Source: Lama glama (Eukaryota). Taken from it: a stretch of 64,000 bases of DNA. The stretch is taken from the NCBI GenBank assembly GCA_028534125.1, contig CM052816.1, positions 44,022,001-44,086,000 of the forward strand. Direction: 5' to 3'. Below, piece after piece: positions 60,501 through 64,000 of the stretch (position 1 is the first letter of the stretch; every line of letters begins with the position of its first letter). The notes under the pieces were generated by a model. The model was not told where the DNA came from and searched no databases. It was given only the letters and a program-made list of their open reading frames with translations. The translations under genes and the position numbers were made by a program.

Positions 60501-63099
60501 CTAAATATTGGATTATACTTAAGCAGAGGTAATGCTTTCTATTTATCCTTAATTATAAGGCTAGTTTTTTGCAGGTTCTATTATTTTACTGAGCTAAAAA
60601 TGTAGCTATATTTAATAATCTTTTATAATAAGACAAAATAACATTAACTGCCTCATTTATTAAATTACCATGCAGTTTCTTAAACCTACTTTTCTACCTA
60701 ATTTGTATCTTGATGTCACTTTTTTTTCCCCTCCTTTGGCCTATTGGTGTTCTTTAAAGAAGTGAAGTGTCTGAGAAATCTATAGGCATTTCTTTGGTAT
60801 AAGTTAGCCGGGTGTTGGCTGAAGAATAAGAAAATATTTTTTTTAACAGTCTGAAAGAAAATTAAAAAGGAGATGGAAAAAAAGAGAAGAACAAAATGCG
60901 AAGCCAAAAGAGGCTGTATTGTCACTTTTATAACACTAAGCAGCTTGTGGCAGGTTTAATAGACCCTAATCTAGAGAGGCCTTTTTAGAGACCTTAGACC
61001 TGTATGGCCTCATTAATTCAAATGGTACGTGACAGTTCAGAGGTGTCCTAAACCAGCCATTACCTGCATAAACAGGCTGGGATGCCAGCGTGGCACGTAC
61101 ACTGTCCTCAGATCAGAATTTGTCATCCTCAATAGCTCTGATTGGAGAAAACCTCTAAAATACAAGCATTGTTTTTTCTCCATAAGTACTAATGAAACCT
61201 GATCACGAGGTAGCATTCATTCCCTTTCAAAACTGACTTTAAAATATTTTTAATGCAAACCTAGACGAAGGTAATGCAAACTTAACAGAGAAAAAAATAC
61301 TGGTTTAAAATAATTGAAAGACATTGGCCTCGTTCAACTCTCCCAAAATTGTCATTTTTATGGAGATGCGGGCATACAATTAGGTTGTTCTCATTTGACA
61401 ATCATCACCACGCTGAGACCTGGATTTCGTATGTGTAACATCTGGATTGTCCTGCAGATGTAGCAGGGTGACAGCTTCACACTTTCCTTGAAAAGAGGTG
61501 TCCACACACTGACAGTTACTTATCATTCAGAAAAACGAAAAAAAAAAAAAAAAAGAAATGGAAGAAAAAATTTCCTCCTGACTCTTAATTTAGGCTAATC
61601 TATGTAAAATTCATTATCTAATAACAACCAGCACCAGAACAGGTTTCTGGCACAATTGGAAATTGCAGCTGGTCCACATTATAACAAGAAATATTTTACC
61701 TTGTGATAGAAAAGGGAAAAAAGTTTTACTGAAGGCCAGACTTTATCTAATAAAGGAAATTCAGAGTAATTGAAGATTTGATTTAATTTAATTAACTTTG
61801 TAATAATCTTGAATTGCTTCTTTTTTCAGCCTTATATAAATGTCCAATAAAGTCATTGAATGTGAAAATGCTAAAATAACATGTAAACCTAGCATTTTGA
61901 TTAAATCAGTGGCAAACTAATTTCTAGACATCACTTGTCAAAAGAAAGAAGTCTTCTTGATAACAGGATTGTTCACCTTAAAGCTTTGTGAAGTAATAAA
62001 AAATGTAAATATGTGAAAATTAATACAGACATATGTACTTTTCCTATTTAAGCCGAAAATTTCTACAAACCTTTAATGCTTACCTTTTACACTTAGTCTT
62101 CCTAACATCACTGGTGTTTTAATCTTTGACATTTTCCTTAGACCCCTGTGCTCTTGTTTTCCAAGCCCATTTTGTTCTGGATAGGCAAAATACGAACACT
62201 GCTCAAAACTTTCCTGCACAGATGATGTTTTTAAAAAGGCAGATATACAAAGGTTGGTTTCCATTTCCTGAAATTAATAAAAGTCATTCTATGCGATGGC
62301 TCTTTAGGAGAGAAAATACATTATTTTATGGAAGATGTTTAAAAAAATGGTATGCAGACTTCTCTTGCTCTGCATTATATCCAGTCCAGCTAAAAGAAGA
62401 TTCAGTACTCTGACTTACATTTTTACGTGCTGGATTAGTCTTTATATTTGTTTTGATAGAAAAGCAGGCAACAGCCTATTTCATGGACAATAAATTCAAG
62501 ATAGTAATGATGAGATAGTATTGCCTCAGCTAAGTGCACCCAGATTGGAGGGTCGCATATTTGACCTCGATCTAGTATGGTCCTTAATGAATCTATATAT
62601 TTGATTAGAGTTACTGTCTTTTTATGGCTCAAAATAGCTTTGCATGGAAAACTAGCTCATGTTAAGTCGAGTTGGGAGAATCATTTTGCTTCCGATTCAT
62701 CTCTAAAACTTTTCGAAAGACTTTCAAGTGCTTGCTTTAAAATACTACCCTCCCAGAAAGCTGCCCTCCCACTTTCGACTCTGGTTTTGTTTCACAGTCT
62801 TCATCACATAGGGAAAAAAATCCTTCTCTGCCACCTTGTAATGATATGAAAAATTCTTTTTTTTCAAATAATCAGTATAATTACTGAGATTTGGTTTAAA
62901 GCCCTCGTCTTGCAGTTATTTCAGAAATTTTCAGGTCTTCCATACCTATCCCATTTTGTAGAACAGAATTGAAGAAAGGATGCTGGCATGTCATGTTGAG
63001 ACATTTGTGTAACAGGGAAAAGAAATCAACAGGAAAGATTAGAACCCGGACCTATTACATGCCTTTTGTTCTATTTTGTGGGTGCTTTGTTTCCTTTAT

Positions 63100-63300
63100 T
63101 CATTTATTTTTATTAGTATTCTGTCAGCTTCAGAACCATTGGGATATTTATAGGATCCGGTCACAGATATCACCATTAACATTCCAGTTTGCATGCAACG
63201 CACCTTCTTTATTGCGCAAAGGTCTTTTCCAGTCTCCCTGCTTCCGCAGTGCAGCGCCTCCTTATCTGTGCTTCCAACTCCATCTATCTGTCTCTCTGCT
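63100..63300 (-). promoter_or_regulatory. Candidate TATA/MEF2-type promoter or enhancer module
   Basis: Minus-strand CTATAAATA (63145-63153), TTGCATGCAA (63189-63198), C/EBP palindrome TTGCGCAA (63212-63219), GATA AGATAAG (63261-63267). Confidence 0.35.
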
Positions 63301-64000
63301 TCTCTCACTGCATCGCTCACTCTTAATTTGGGGAAGTGATTTCTTACTTCTTGTCACTCTCCTTCTTTCTCCCACTCACTCTCAATCCATCAGAGCTGTT
63401 TCCTGATTCCGTGACTCCTCTGGACTCCTGTATCTCCGTCCCTCTTTCAGAAATATGATCAAGATTCTTTTTTTCCTCTTTTTTTTTTTAAATGCAGTTT
63501 TCTGAAAGCCTTCTTTTCCTTTATTATCCTTTTCTACCTTTTAGGAGTTGAAGAGTAGACAAAATTAGGCAGTAAAATACTAATTTCACATCACTATGTA
63601 TACTCCTGAAGAAATAAATATGTTCTAAAAGTTTCTGCTAAGTATCAAATGGTGGGCTTCCGTAGTCTTACTCATTAAGAAATGTAGTGAACATTTTAAA
63701 TCAAGAATATTTAAAGATGCAACATTTAGCTCTTAGGTGTGAAGTACTATCTCTAATAACAACAGAAAATGAGAATACAGATAGACAGGTTGTTCATATT
63801 TCCGAATGTGTTACCTACTGCTGGGCTGAGGTCTGAATCCTCAAAGAGCAAAAGTGGTGGGATTCCAGGTTTTTAGTATACCATATCAGATGCTTGCATT
63901 GCTTTTGTATTACTGCTCCTCCACATTCTAAAATGTTTTGGCCACCTTTCTTTTTAATATACAATCTTGATTGGATGTATTTTCCCGAAAATTACAGTGC

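Noticed and set aside
62969..63406. Longest ORF in the track (145 aa, plus strand)
   Set aside because: Starts at TTG, is Leu/Ser/Phe-rich because of a pyrimidine tract, and has no recognisable domain or exon structure.
1..64000. tRNA, rRNA, snRNA, known miRNA, processed pseudogene, CRISPR or prokaryotic/viral defence system
   Set aside because: No Pol III A/B boxes with cloverleaf, recognisable mature miRNA, spaced direct-repeat array or gene-dense ORFs were seen by eye; the window reads as mammalian non-coding DNA.

Overview
AT-rich, CpG-depleted placental-mammal genomic DNA, intergenic or deep-intronic. I find no supportable protein-coding gene, RNA gene, CRISPR array or prokaryotic system. 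ORFs in the track are chance ORFs or decayed LINE (L1 ORF2, L2 RT, CR1/L3 RT) translations. Two young L1 3' ends and a SINE-tail remnant resemble camelid (Camelus/Vicugna) elements as I recall them, and I saw no Alu, Bov-tA/BovB, PRE-1 or CAN-SINE, so a camelid is the likeliest source (inference). Old repeats are concentrated in about 27-56 kb: L2, MIR, CR1/L3, MLT1, LTR33/LTR41-like solo LTRs, MER53, MER104, a 1.6-kb L1 3' fragment and a 5-kb near-full-length old L1. Between and beyond them lie repeat-poor blocks with retained CpGs and dense homeodomain/SOX/FOX/MEIS-type motifs (about 7.6-8.3, 13.6-14.3, 23.7-24.7, 25.7-26.1, 36.2-36.7, 58.8-60.5 and 62.4-63.45 kb), which look like conserved non-coding enhancers of a developmental-gene neighbourhood. 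The most unusual signals are a cluster of five perfect inverted repeats at 59819-60393, a multibranch fold at 3377-3486 and a 71-nt hairpin at 36410-36480. Repeat family names come from remembered consensus sequences, not a database search, and boundaries are approximate.
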